Assembly (NCBI GenBank): GCA_002269645.1
Contig: NIVC01001672.1
Coordinates: forward strand, 1 to 64,000
DNA length: 64,000 nt
From: Macrostomum lignano
Taxonomy: Eukaryota
Reading direction: 5' to 3'
Shown here: positions 43,204 to 53,469 of the stretch, piece after piece
How positions within the stretch are numbered: position 1 is the stretch's first letter
Layout of the letters: every line of letters begins with the position of its first letter
Translations under genes and position numbers: made by a program
Notes under the pieces: model-generated
What the model was told of the DNA's origin: nothing
What the model saw: the letters and a program-made list of their open reading frames with translations, nothing else
The model's database searches: none

Positions 43204-46200
43204 ATGAAATTGCGTTCTGGTACCCAACTCGGACAACAACAACAACAAGAGCCGCCTGCAATATCCACACCAAATTCTGCCAGTGTCGCTGAAAATCCTA
43301 TTGATATTTCTGGTGATTCTACTGGCTTTTGTGGACATTCTACTGGTATTGGTGGACATTCTACTGGCATTGGAGGACACCATACTGACGACACCCAACA
43401 GCAACTAACACAAACAGCTACCCCAGCTACATTTTGCCATCTACCTGGCCTCCATCAAGAAAACACTGCCATCGGCACCAGAGACGAAGAACAACCTTCT
43501 GAGTTGTACGAGCAGCAACAAGAACAACATCCTCCACAGCCACTTCTGCAACCTGATCATTTGAATCAAAATAACGCCAATATCCAGGAAACTGAGAGCA
43601 ACGTTACAATGGCAGAAGCACTAATGCAACAATTTATCAATGCTGTGCGAGATCAACAAAGACCACACGCTGCAATCCCAGCTAGTACCATCAACGAGAT
43701 CCGCGAAGGTCTCAAGGAGATAGATCAACTTCATGATTTTGCCTCTTTCATCATGGAGTATGATCTATCAGCGAGAACTTTTAATCTAGATGAAAACTCA
43801 AAGCTTCGCATCTTTCCTCGGCTCCTCAACGATCTCCTAAAGATCGAATATGCCGCTCTACCCGCCGAGACACAAAATGACTACACCCAATTAGTTCGGT
43901 CTCTGTCCGACAGAATAGCGGTACTCACTCTCGGATCCACTTCGGCACTACATCACATCGCCAACCGCCGACAACTCCCGGGTGAGCCATTCATCCAGTA
44001 CTACACGGACATTCGCCGCAAACTTCGTGCCATATACCCAGAAGTCTCGCCACTACCACCCGTGGATGGCGAAAATGCACCGGCTAACCAAGCGGTCATT
44101 GACCAACGAAATGAAATGTTTAACAAAACATTGATCGGCCATATACTAAGTGGCGCTCTACCTCACCTTCGCGTTGAACTACTGCGAAACCCGCTGAATA
44201 CCGAACAACAGCTGCTCAACCAGGCCATTCGCCTTGAACAAATACAGCAGTCTTCACAATTAACGGCCCCAAACAACGTTCCGGCCGATATAGAAAAACG
44301 CCTTGCTGCCTTAGAATGTGGAACCATCAAGCCCAAGCCAATAGTAGCGGCTATTCAAGGCGCTAGCAATACTAGAGAACCACCAACGTGCAAATTCTGC
44401 CACAGGATTGGACACACAACAGATCGATGCTACCAGGATCCTCGAAATGCACGCCAACAAACTGCCAATGCTAGACAACCAAGACAGGCTGACTCTAAGT
44501 GGACACGCAATCAACCGATTCAAGACCGGTACAGACGAGGCTCCGATGATCCTCGCAGCCGAGACACAGGCTCTCCAGCCAAATACTGCCACTTTCACAA
44601 CTCGGACACCCATGATACCGAAGAATGTCGTACCCTACACGATATTAAACAGGGGAGAACAACAAACAATAACCCACAGCGGTATAATCTAGGCCGGCGC
44701 GTACAATTTCAGCGCAACCCCACTCAACGATATCAACGGGAACGCCACTCTGATTCACCAAACCACGGACGTTCCAGAACACCGTCACCGCGCCCTCCTG
44801 CAGCCGGTGTAAACTCAATTCAGGTTGTCTCGAACGACCCCATGCCACAACTGCCGACTATGGACTCGCCTCAACAAATTGTGCCACCGAACAGCACACC
44901 CAGTGCTCCACAGCGTCTCACTGAGGTTCCTGTGGCAAAATCAACGGCTACTCCAACCTATGCTTTGGACAGACCAATTGAGTACAAGTTCCATGGCTCG
45001 ACCAGGCAGTTTAAGAAATTAATCCGCGACAGTCCATCTACACTGTCAGTCATCCACGTTCAACCGTACACTACGCTATCAGCCGCTCAACCAAAGCTAA
45101 GAAAAGATATGCTACGTGCCCAGCGACAGCAGGTACACGTAAAAAGACCACTGTCTCAGCAGAAAGGACGTCGACTAACTGGTCTAACGACGCTTCTCGT
45201 GACACTCATCTGGCTATCGCTATTCCCGACGGTGCAGACAACACCACTGCCATCGAATCCTAAGCAACATCCACTCTACGTGGACACACCAATGCTCTGT
45301 CCATTAGATGGACCCGTGCGCATCTTCAAGATTCCTCAGCAGATCAGATGCGAACAGTTCACGTCGTCACAGGACGTTACGACACCAGTGCACTTACAGC
45401 TCTACTCTACTAACCTGGAGCAAACCAGAACACCAGTCAGCTTATGCTTCCGTGAGGAAATCTCGGTTAATTGCCTCCCAATGAGCCAGGTTCTGCGCTC
45501 TCTCCGTGATGCGTACGTAACCTTACGCCCACTTACAGTCGCCGCACAAGATTGCCAACATTGGACCGAATCATATAACTCACCTGATGGTCAGCTTCAA
45601 CTGGTTGCCACCACTGGAAACTACAAAATCTCTCGCTCCAATACAGGAACCTCCTTCCTCGAAGACTGTTACCATCGCAAGGCACGAACTCAAATAGTTT
45701 CAACACTCATACAAGGGATAATAGCTTTCGCCTCTCCTAGCAAACCAATGGAATCGTTAGCCTTCTCCATGGCACACTGTAGCTATTCATCTCAAGGCTG
45801 CATTATTGAGACAACCTTTGACAACATGAAACGCTATAACCTACCGACAACTCTCCTTCAAAACGCATGGGACACTCTCGACCCACCGGCGACACAACAA
45901 CTGACCGTTACTGGCCAACGAAAACTGACACTTACGTGGAAAACAACAAGCCGTTCGGACTGTATACTCACGCCATTCCGACAAATTCGAGGTAACATAC
46001 ACTCGGGATTCTTCATTAACGAAGAACAGACATTGGCTTTGACCTTTAAATTGCCGCTTCAACCCTTCCGCCTTACCTGCTCAATTGGAACGAAACGACT
46101 ATATGTTTCCGAACAAGAACTGTACGTTGAAGTGCTCGACAACAGAGAAGAAGACTTCTTAAAGTCAATCGCGATTGTGCAATCTACAGCTGATGACACC

Positions 46201-49200
46201 ACGAGCAACACAACACGCTCTGTCAAAGCCGCGGATGCTTTAACAGCTGACAGCAGCTCATCTTCTCGACAGAGCCGTTCACTACCTGACTTATTGGCTA
46301 CCACAGAACAACCGTCAACCACACCGATTCCGACGACAGTTCAAGCTCCAACTATTACGTCTCTACCCTCACAGCAGACGCTTGATACAGCTTCACCTAC
46401 ATCCGAGCCTACTGTCACTACCACTACAATTAAAAAATCTACTACCACACCTCTAAATCTGGAAATTACAACTCCACCAACTACGACAATAGCGACTAGT
46501 ACAGTTCAAACACCCACAACAACGATGTCGCTTAGAAAACCTCAACACACTACATCTCTTCAACTTAAGTCTACAACTCTACCAACGACAGTAGCCACAA
46601 CTACAGTTACGTCGTATAGTCCGCTAACTACGAAAACGACGACATCTACCGGTATTACCACCGAACAACTAACTCCTGGACCTATGTCTACAACACCTAC
46701 TACCATACTGGAACCTGATCCTCTTAATATACCATACCTACACCGCGACCAACCACCAATGCTGGAACATCAGGACAGAATCCGTCGCGCGATTCCACCT
46801 CCAGACAAAACAGTCAACATCACCAACGCTGAACTCAAGCTATCAGAAAACCTCGTTTCGGCACAGCTTCTCTCCAGTCAACTACAAGGACTTCAATCGA
46901 AGACTCTACTCGATCTCAAGAAACTACACACTCAACTGACGACTACGCAGTGCAAGATGTACGCTTTGAATCTTCGCTATAGTCGCAACCTATACTATAC
47001 CAATCCGACACTAGCTGCGCGTCAATTATTCGCTGACAAATTCATTTATGCGCACTCCATCGCTGGCTACATCTTTGTTCACCAATGTAAGCCACTAAGT
47101 CAGTTCCAGTTCGTTCAACCGCGATACTCACGAGACGAATGCTACACAAGACCACCGATACAATTTCAACTCCACAATAAGTCTGTTCTCGGATTCCTCG
47201 ATACAACGACATCGATCATCTCAACAGCAAGACCACCACTAATATCCTGCCGTTACCTACGAGACTACTATCTTCCAAAGGGTGAATTCATCTACAAAGC
47301 CACAGCCAACTTCAGCTCCTTTAGTCCGATAGAAGCACAAAATAGATCCGACGAAACCTACCTCCTACAGTCCTTATACTCCGACATTAGACAGAGTATC
47401 TTCACGCCACTTGGAGACGTCAACTACAGCGCTTTACGATCACCAGTAACAATAACTGACATGATGGAAAGTTTCATCCAAACACGTGATTTTCTAATCA
47501 CTGTCTTTAAACTAAACAACGCTACTGGACGTCTCCACAAGGATGAATTCAAGCAGTTTGGCCTAAACGCCTTGGAAGCTTACCAGAATCTTTGGACATC
47601 TACCTTCTTCAGTTGGGAAAGATTCCAACAGAATCATATGGAGAAGTTTCTGTTCAGTTCTGCTGTAATTGTCTACGCTGCACTACTAATTTTCCTTTGC
47701 AACATTGGTCGAATCTGCGTTGCCAACACACTAACTTATGGTCGAACACACCGCCTTATGGTAATGCGAACGACCGACCCATCACCGCAACAAAACCGGA
47801 GCCCACAGCGACTTCCTACTACCTCCGACCACGTGTCGTTAGTACCATTAGTACTTACTTCGCCCTCTAGGAGAAACACAAAGGCGACAGCCCCATCAGC
47901 TCCACCTATGGAACTCGAAGAACGACAGCCAGCTATACCGTCTACTTCTTCACGGACAGATTCAAGACTCTACCCGACACTTCAACACTGGCCGGTTGCC
48001 TACAACACCGTCTTGAAACATCTTACGATGCGAACCCTCATCACGCTCTGGTGCACAAGCCCAAGAATGACCAAATGCAAGTGCACCGCGCTGATTGATA
48101 GTGGCGCCTCTATCTCTTGCGTTTCACCTACCTTCGCACAGAAACTACAGGCTGACATTTTACCCTGTAAAATACGCGTTCAATGTGCAGGAGGACAACT
48201 TCTTAACGTAACTAAACAGGCTAAATTTAGTATGATCATCGGATCATCAAATCGGAAAATCACAGCTTACATATTGGAGGCTATGCCACCCGATTATGAT
48301 CTAATTCTCGGTGTCGAAACCTTTAAATCCCTTGGCATACCACTGTCCATTGACTACGCCAAGTCAGAAGCACAAATCGATGGCACTTCGTTTCCCATAT
48401 TGAATACTTACACAGCAACTGAGGTCGCTGAAGTCTACTTGCCAAAGCAGACTCACATACCCGCTCAATCTACCACCTGGATACAGGCGAATATCGACAC
48501 GACCTATCCAAAGCGCCAGCCTGTCCTATTCATACCAAAGGATCATACTATTCAACGCTATAAGCTCTTAATCGCAAGCTGCTTGACGCTTACAGATGAA
48601 ACGGGTAATTCGATCCTCATACAGATCGCTAACCCTTCACTACAGCCAGTAACACTCTATGCTCAAACACGATTAGGCAGTCTGTCCGATCCCGCGGAAT
48701 ATACACCTGTTACTTCAAAACCTACAGCAACAGTCAATACCATCTCTACCTCGCACGCACGACCTGAGACCGACCGCCAGCTAATTGAACAACAAACACG
48801 GCCTAACAATTCGCATCTGACACCCGAACAAGCTACGAGACTGTGCGACCTACTTTTAGAGTACCGAGATACGCTGGCTCTGTTACCTACGGATATGGGA
48901 TGCACTACTCAATATACCGCCACAATTAACGTTCAACCACATACGCATCCAATTACATCGCGACCTTTTCCGATTGCACATGGTCTTCAAGAGCGTTTTG
49001 ACCAACTGATCGAGAATTTCATCCACAAAGGAATACTCAGCCCTAGCGAGTCGGAATACTCAAGCCCATGTCTACTGGTCGAAAAGAAGACACTTGATGA
49101 ACAAGGACGCCGCCAATTGCGTCTTGTCGTTGACTTTCGCCGTCTCAACCGAATTCTAACAACACCAAGCATACGCCCGCCACGTATACCGGACCTCCTA

Positions 49201-51762
49201 CACCGCCTACGCGACGCCAAACTTTATTCGTTGTGCGACCTTGCCGACGCGTTTTACCAAGTCCGACTAGACCCAGACAGCGCCAAATATACCGCCTTCA
49301 TCGCACCTAATGGCCTCCTTTTTCAGTTTAATCGCTTGCCACAGGGTCTGGCCGCATCTCCCAGCCTGATGTGTCGTCTAGTCGCTCTACTCACAGCAGA
49401 TTCACCTAATCTTATCGCCTACCTGGACGATGTACTCCTAATCGCAAAGGACTTTAATGGCATGCTGGGTGAACTCAGACATTTCTTGGCGAAACTCCGC
49501 CATCACGGTCTTCGTATCTCGCTTAGAAAATGCACCTTTGCAAAGAACGAAGTACAGTATCTAGGCTTTCAAGTGTCCGAACATGGAATCCGACCGGCAC
49601 CAGCGCTTGTCGAAAAAATTAAGAACTTCCCGGAACCTAAGACACCTAAGCAACTGCAGTCCTTCCTCGGACTTGCCAACTTTTATCGCTCGCATGTACA
49701 AGGATACTCTACGATTGTGACACCATTGCTTCGTGCTCTCAAAGACGCTCTGGCTACAAAAAGTTTGAAATGGACTACTATCACACAGACGGCCTTTGAC
49801 AACATCCGAAAGATTCTGTCAACTGATATTATACTAGTACATCCTGATCCTCGAAAGCCCTACGTGCTTCATACGGATGCCTCTGACTACTCTCTTGGTG
49901 CAGTCCTCTCTCAACACGATTCGCGTGGACATCTGCAACCCGTCGCTTACATCTCTAAAACTTTGACTCCGACGGAACAACGTTATCCTGCCATTGAGAG
50001 AGAAGCCTATGCTATCTATTGGGCGATTCGGAAGCTCCATGTTTTCCTATACGCCTCACACCTACCATTTACAGTGTTCACGGATCACCAACCGTTGCAA
50101 TCTCTGTTCACTGACAAACAGCCTCTCTCGAAACGACTGCAAAAGTGGATTCTACATCTACAGGATTACCAATTTTCGATCCACTATATTAAAGGCCGCT
50201 CAAACGCTGTAGCCGACTGCCTGTCCCGTATTCCTAGTGTGAATACTTTACATCCCATCCCAGCCTTTGACAACTTGCACGAAGCAGTAAACCAAGACCC
50301 ATTCTGTGCGACAGTGATAGCCACTCTACAGAACCAAAAAGACGACGTACTAACATCCATGTACAAGAACTTATCGAAAACAGAACAAAAACATCTGACG
50401 AAACATCTACACCACTTCTACTACACCAACGACACACTCTACTACGATCCATTGGAAGGTGACTCTCGTAGTCCTAACTCGTCGACACCACGTCTGGTGA
50501 TCCCAACCGCCTACAGAGACGCTCTCCTTCAGGAATGCCATTCCTCTCCATTTGGAGGACACCTTGGTCTTCAGAAAACCTTGTCCCGACTCAGCAAATT
50601 CTACTATTGGCCCAATTGCCACGCAGACGTGACAAGCTTCGTTAACAAATGCGAGATTTGTCAAAAAGCCAAATCAGGACCTCGACTGCGTTCAGAACAG
50701 AAAGCAATGAAATTCCGCAGTGTCTTCTCACACCTGGCTATTGATCTTGTAGGACCGTTACCACCGGCTCATTACATGCGAGATGTGTACAAGTACATCT
50801 TGACAGCTCAGTGTGGTGTTAGCAAGTTTCTGTTCACGATACCACTGGCTGATACAACCACGTCTACTATTTGCAACCATTTGTTTCGACATGTCTTCGC
50901 GATAGCCGGACTTCCGGCCTGTCTGATTTCTGATAATGGACCACAGTTCATTTCCAAGGAGTTCCGCGAGTACATGGACACAATGGGAATCCGACTGATC
51001 TACACATCAGTCTATCAACCATCCAGCAATTTCGTAGAACGTGCCCACCGAAACCTCAAACAGACACTAACTACCTTTGTGCACGACAAGCCCGATCACT
51101 GGATCGAATATTTGCCAGCAGTGACTCTTGCGTTGAACACCGCAGCCCACACTGCCATGAAGGAATCGCCATTCTACCTGTTCTACGCCCGTGACTTCCT
51201 GGCACCCAGCACAAGAATCCTCGAAAATCAAATATCGATCTACACCGAGGAAATCCAACCAATCAGCTTGACCTGCTCAGCGATCACATTGGCCAGAGAA
51301 ATTGCTCTCCATCACCTACACTCTACAGCCGATCAACGGGCCCAGAAACAGAACGAAGAAAAAGCCCCTAATGCTCAAAAGCTCACCATAGGCTCCCGCT
51401 GTTACTTAGACATATCTGCTACTAAGCCGACAAAGTTCTCTAATCCGTTCCGAGGACCGATGCGAATTCTAAAATGGCTGAGCCCACAGAATGCGCTAAT
51501 CCAGGATATTAATAAGCTGACAGAGCCACCATTCGTAGTCCATGCCTCCAAGCTAAAACGTTCCCCTTTTCAACCACAAGAGGAACTCAATCTGCCGAAC
51601 TTCACATCATCGATACCACAGACTCACTTCGACCACCACCCGCCACTGGCACAGCATCACGCTACTCAGACTGACGTCGTGGATGAGCCTGACACTCGTG
51701 ATCAGCACGGACTAGAACCTATTCCAGCTGTGCGATATCATCTGCGCTCACGGGATGTGTGA
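43204..51762 (+). CDS. Gag-Env-Pro-RT-RNaseH-IN polyprotein (2852 aa)
   Basis: CCHC knuckle 44389-44430 and CHHC-like 44587-44628; signal-like hydrophobic stretch 45175-45240; gB-like motifs 46858-47170; TM 47647-47709; protease DSG 48097; RT YLDD 49420; RNaseH HTDAS/TDH/ADCLSR; IN HHCC, DLVGP, SDNG, VERAHR and GPY/F-like FRGPM. Confidence 0.96.
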   Translation: MKLRSGTQLGQQQQQEPPAISTPNSASVAENPIDISGDSTGFCGHSTGIGGHSTGIGGHHTDDTQQQLTQTATPATFCHLPGLHQENTAIGTRDEEQPSELYEQQQEQHPPQPLLQPDHLNQNNANIQETESNVTMAEALMQQFINAVRDQQRPHAAIPASTINEIREGLKEIDQLHDFASFIMEYDLSARTFNLDENSKLRIFPRLLNDLLKIEYAALPAETQNDYTQLVRSLSDRIAVLTLGSTSALHHIANRRQLPGEPFIQYYTDIRRKLRAIYPEVSPLPPVDGENAPANQAVIDQRNEMFNKTLIGHILSGALPHLRVELLRNPLNTEQQLLNQAIRLEQIQQSSQLTAPNNVPADIEKRLAALECGTIKPKPIVAAIQGASNTREPPTCKFCHRIGHTTDRCYQDPRNARQQTANARQPRQADSKWTRNQPIQDRYRRGSDDPRSRDTGSPAKYCHFHNSDTHDTEECRTLHDIKQGRTTNNNPQRYNLGRRVQFQRNPTQRYQRERHSDSPNHGRSRTPSPRPPAAGVNSIQVVSNDPMPQLPTMDSPQQIVPPNSTPSAPQRLTEVPVAKSTATPTYALDRPIEYKFHGSTRQFKKLIRDSPSTLSVIHVQPYTTLSAAQPKLRKDMLRAQRQQVHVKRPLSQQKGRRLTGLTTLLVTLIWLSLFPTVQTTPLPSNPKQHPLYVDTPMLCPLDGPVRIFKIPQQIRCEQFTSSQDVTTPVHLQLYSTNLEQTRTPVSLCFREEISVNCLPMSQVLRSLRDAYVTLRPLTVAAQDCQHWTESYNSPDGQLQLVATTGNYKISRSNTGTSFLEDCYHRKARTQIVSTLIQGIIAFASPSKPMESLAFSMAHCSYSSQGCIIETTFDNMKRYNLPTTLLQNAWDTLDPPATQQLTVTGQRKLTLTWKTTSRSDCILTPFRQIRGNIHSGFFINEEQTLALTFKLPLQPFRLTCSIGTKRLYVSEQELYVEVLDNREEDFLKSIAIVQSTADDTTSNTTRSVKAADALTADSSSSSRQSRSLPDLLATTEQPSTTPIPTTVQAPTITSLPSQQTLDTASPTSEPTVTTTTIKKSTTTPLNLEITTPPTTTIATSTVQTPTTTMSLRKPQHTTSLQLKSTTLPTTVATTTVTSYSPLTTKTTTSTGITTEQLTPGPMSTTPTTILEPDPLNIPYLHRDQPPMLEHQDRIRRAIPPPDKTVNITNAELKLSENLVSAQLLSSQLQGLQSKTLLDLKKLHTQLTTTQCKMYALNLRYSRNLYYTNPTLAARQLFADKFIYAHSIAGYIFVHQCKPLSQFQFVQPRYSRDECYTRPPIQFQLHNKSVLGFLDTTTSIISTARPPLISCRYLRDYYLPKGEFIYKATANFSSFSPIEAQNRSDETYLLQSLYSDIRQSIFTPLGDVNYSALRSPVTITDMMESFIQTRDFLITVFKLNNATGRLHKDEFKQFGLNALEAYQNLWTSTFFSWERFQQNHMEKFLFSSAVIVYAALLIFLCNIGRICVANTLTYGRTHRLMVMRTTDPSPQQNRSPQRLPTTSDHVSLVPLVLTSPSRRNTKATAPSAPPMELEERQPAIPSTSSRTDSRLYPTLQHWPVAYNTVLKHLTMRTLITLWCTSPRMTKCKCTALIDSGASISCVSPTFAQKLQADILPCKIRVQCAGGQLLNVTKQAKFSMIIGSSNRKITAYILEAMPPDYDLILGVETFKSLGIPLSIDYAKSEAQIDGTSFPILNTYTATEVAEVYLPKQTHIPAQSTTWIQANIDTTYPKRQPVLFIPKDHTIQRYKLLIASCLTLTDETGNSILIQIANPSLQPVTLYAQTRLGSLSDPAEYTPVTSKPTATVNTISTSHARPETDRQLIEQQTRPNNSHLTPEQATRLCDLLLEYRDTLALLPTDMGCTTQYTATINVQPHTHPITSRPFPIAHGLQERFDQLIENFIHKGILSPSESEYSSPCLLVEKKTLDEQGRRQLRLVVDFRRLNRILTTPSIRPPRIPDLLHRLRDAKLYSLCDLADAFYQVRLDPDSAKYTAFIAPNGLLFQFNRLPQGLAASPSLMCRLVALLTADSPNLIAYLDDVLLIAKDFNGMLGELRHFLAKLRHHGLRISLRKCTFAKNEVQYLGFQVSEHGIRPAPALVEKIKNFPEPKTPKQLQSFLGLANFYRSHVQGYSTIVTPLLRALKDALATKSLKWTTITQTAFDNIRKILSTDIILVHPDPRKPYVLHTDASDYSLGAVLSQHDSRGHLQPVAYISKTLTPTEQRYPAIEREAYAIYWAIRKLHVFLYASHLPFTVFTDHQPLQSLFTDKQPLSKRLQKWILHLQDYQFSIHYIKGRSNAVADCLSRIPSVNTLHPIPAFDNLHEAVNQDPFCATVIATLQNQKDDVLTSMYKNLSKTEQKHLTKHLHHFYYTNDTLYYDPLEGDSRSPNSSTPRLVIPTAYRDALLQECHSSPFGGHLGLQKTLSRLSKFYYWPNCHADVTSFVNKCEICQKAKSGPRLRSEQKAMKFRSVFSHLAIDLVGPLPPAHYMRDVYKYILTAQCGVSKFLFTIPLADTTTSTICNHLFRHVFAIAGLPACLISDNGPQFISKEFREYMDTMGIRLIYTSVYQPSSNFVERAHRNLKQTLTTFVHDKPDHWIEYLPAVTLALNTAAHTAMKESPFYLFYARDFLAPSTRILENQISIYTEEIQPISLTCSAITLAREIALHHLHSTADQRAQKQNEEKAPNAQKLTIGSRCYLDISATKPTKFSNPFRGPMRILKWLSPQNALIQDINKLTEPPFVVHASKLKRSPFQPQEELNLPNFTSSIPQTHFDHHPPLAQHHATQTDVVDEPDTRDQHGLEPIPAVRYHLRSRDV

Positions 51763-53454
51763 ATCAATACGCGGCAGTTGATTATCGATGGACAGTTGAT
51801 TATCGATACGTTTTGAAAATTATATTCGTTTATATTATTTCTATTAGTTTTATAATTATATATTATATCTTTCTTCCTCTTAAATCGCAATTTATCATTT
51901 TCCGCTTCAACTTATCTATCTTCGTTAGATAATTTCCTTGACAATACGCTACTCTTTTGCTACTCACAGTAGAAATGTCAGTTCTCAACACTCTTATCAA
52001 AATTATTGTTTTATTCTGTTGTCGTCAAACGCTTTAGCCCTACATTTTATTTGCTTACCTTTAATTACTATCACTCACCCTTGAAAAAATTTATCAGAAC
52101 CATCTTCTCTACTCTTGCTCACCCACGTGAATTCAATGATCTTTTCTTTCGTCACCTCATAATCCCTATTCGGTCTTTTGTAAGACCACGCGTTACCCGG
52201 ATCTACACAGCCGTCCCGCTCTACACTGCAATCCGGCTCTACACGCTGCCCTGACCGAAATTCAGCTTCGACTCTGTTCAACACCAACCCGGCCCACTGC
52301 CCAGCCCTATCTACTACTTGAAACAACCTGCTATGCTCCGAATTAACAGACTACATGCCTGCTACCGACAACTACGGCTAACTACGAACTACGACACCGG
52401 CCTGACTACAGAAACCCTACTGGCTGCAACAAAACTAAGACGAACAGCACTATCTGACACGTGGTGGCCTTGAAAAAGGCCGTTTTGACGTTGGCGCCCA
52501 AAGGACGCAGAAGACTTGGCAGACCAACTGTGCAGTTACACCGCAGTCTCCTGGACACGGGCAGTTGCAGCGGGCCGCAATGGTGCGCGACAACAGCGGC
52601 TGCAGCCGCCAAAGCAGCAACAACACTTGCAGCAACAACAGCAGGCTACAAACGCCGCCACTAGCAGTAACAGCAGCAGCAGCATGATGGCGACGACCGC
52701 GCTGATGGAAATGAAATACGCGTGACGCCCCTGGAGAATACCAGCCGCGATCTCTGTAATTTGCTCTCTTCCCAAAGACAGACCAGCCATTGACTAATCT
52801 AACTTGAATGATAAACGAGCTATATCGAAACTTAAAAACAATTGCGGACAAAACCTGAACTAGAAAATTCCCTCCCTATCGTTTTTTATCTTATTTATAC
52901 CACGCGACTCCATCCTTTCCTTTGAATTAGCTTCAGTGTACACTCACGCGCTCTACGAACACCCACCCCAAGCCAATAATCTCTTCGACCCACGTACAAT
53001 GTACATTCCACACCCTTGATTAAAAATAGCTTTCTTTTTCACCTTGCGTCCCAGTCGTTTCTTTATAATCTCAATTTCGTTTGACTGTCCTTTACTCAAT
53101 TTTATTTATACCTCTAACTTTACTTGTTGCCTATTTTCGTCCATCTGAAAATTCTCTGTTTTATCTGTCTTTGTCTGTTTTAGCAAACCCTTTAATAAGC
53201 CACTTTTGAAACTTATTTTATCCTCCTTGCTATTCCTCTGTTCATTTAACTTTGGTTTCAACAGCTTTACTCTAATATTTAATACCCTTTCCTAAGCCAT
53301 GCTCTATGCTTATTTTCACCATTTTACTCACCACTTTATCCACTTTCTCTAGCCTACACCTTGCGCCTCGTATGCAAGTAGCATTAGTTACAACTTCACT
53401 AATAATCCAACACCTGTTTTCTTTTGCTTATGCCGCTCGGTGGGCCTTCGCTTT

Positions 53455-53469
53455 GTGAAATAAGGGCAA
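53455..53469 (+). promoter_or_regulatory. Polypurine tract
   Basis: GTGAAATAAGGGCAA directly abuts the 3' LTR TG. Confidence 0.7.

Noticed and set aside
45127-47960. Env-skipping splice (CAG|GTACAC donor at 45133 to the pyrimidine-tract AG at 47959) giving Gag-Pol
   Set aside because: Phases are incompatible (0 vs 1); other sites are possible but unsupported without reads
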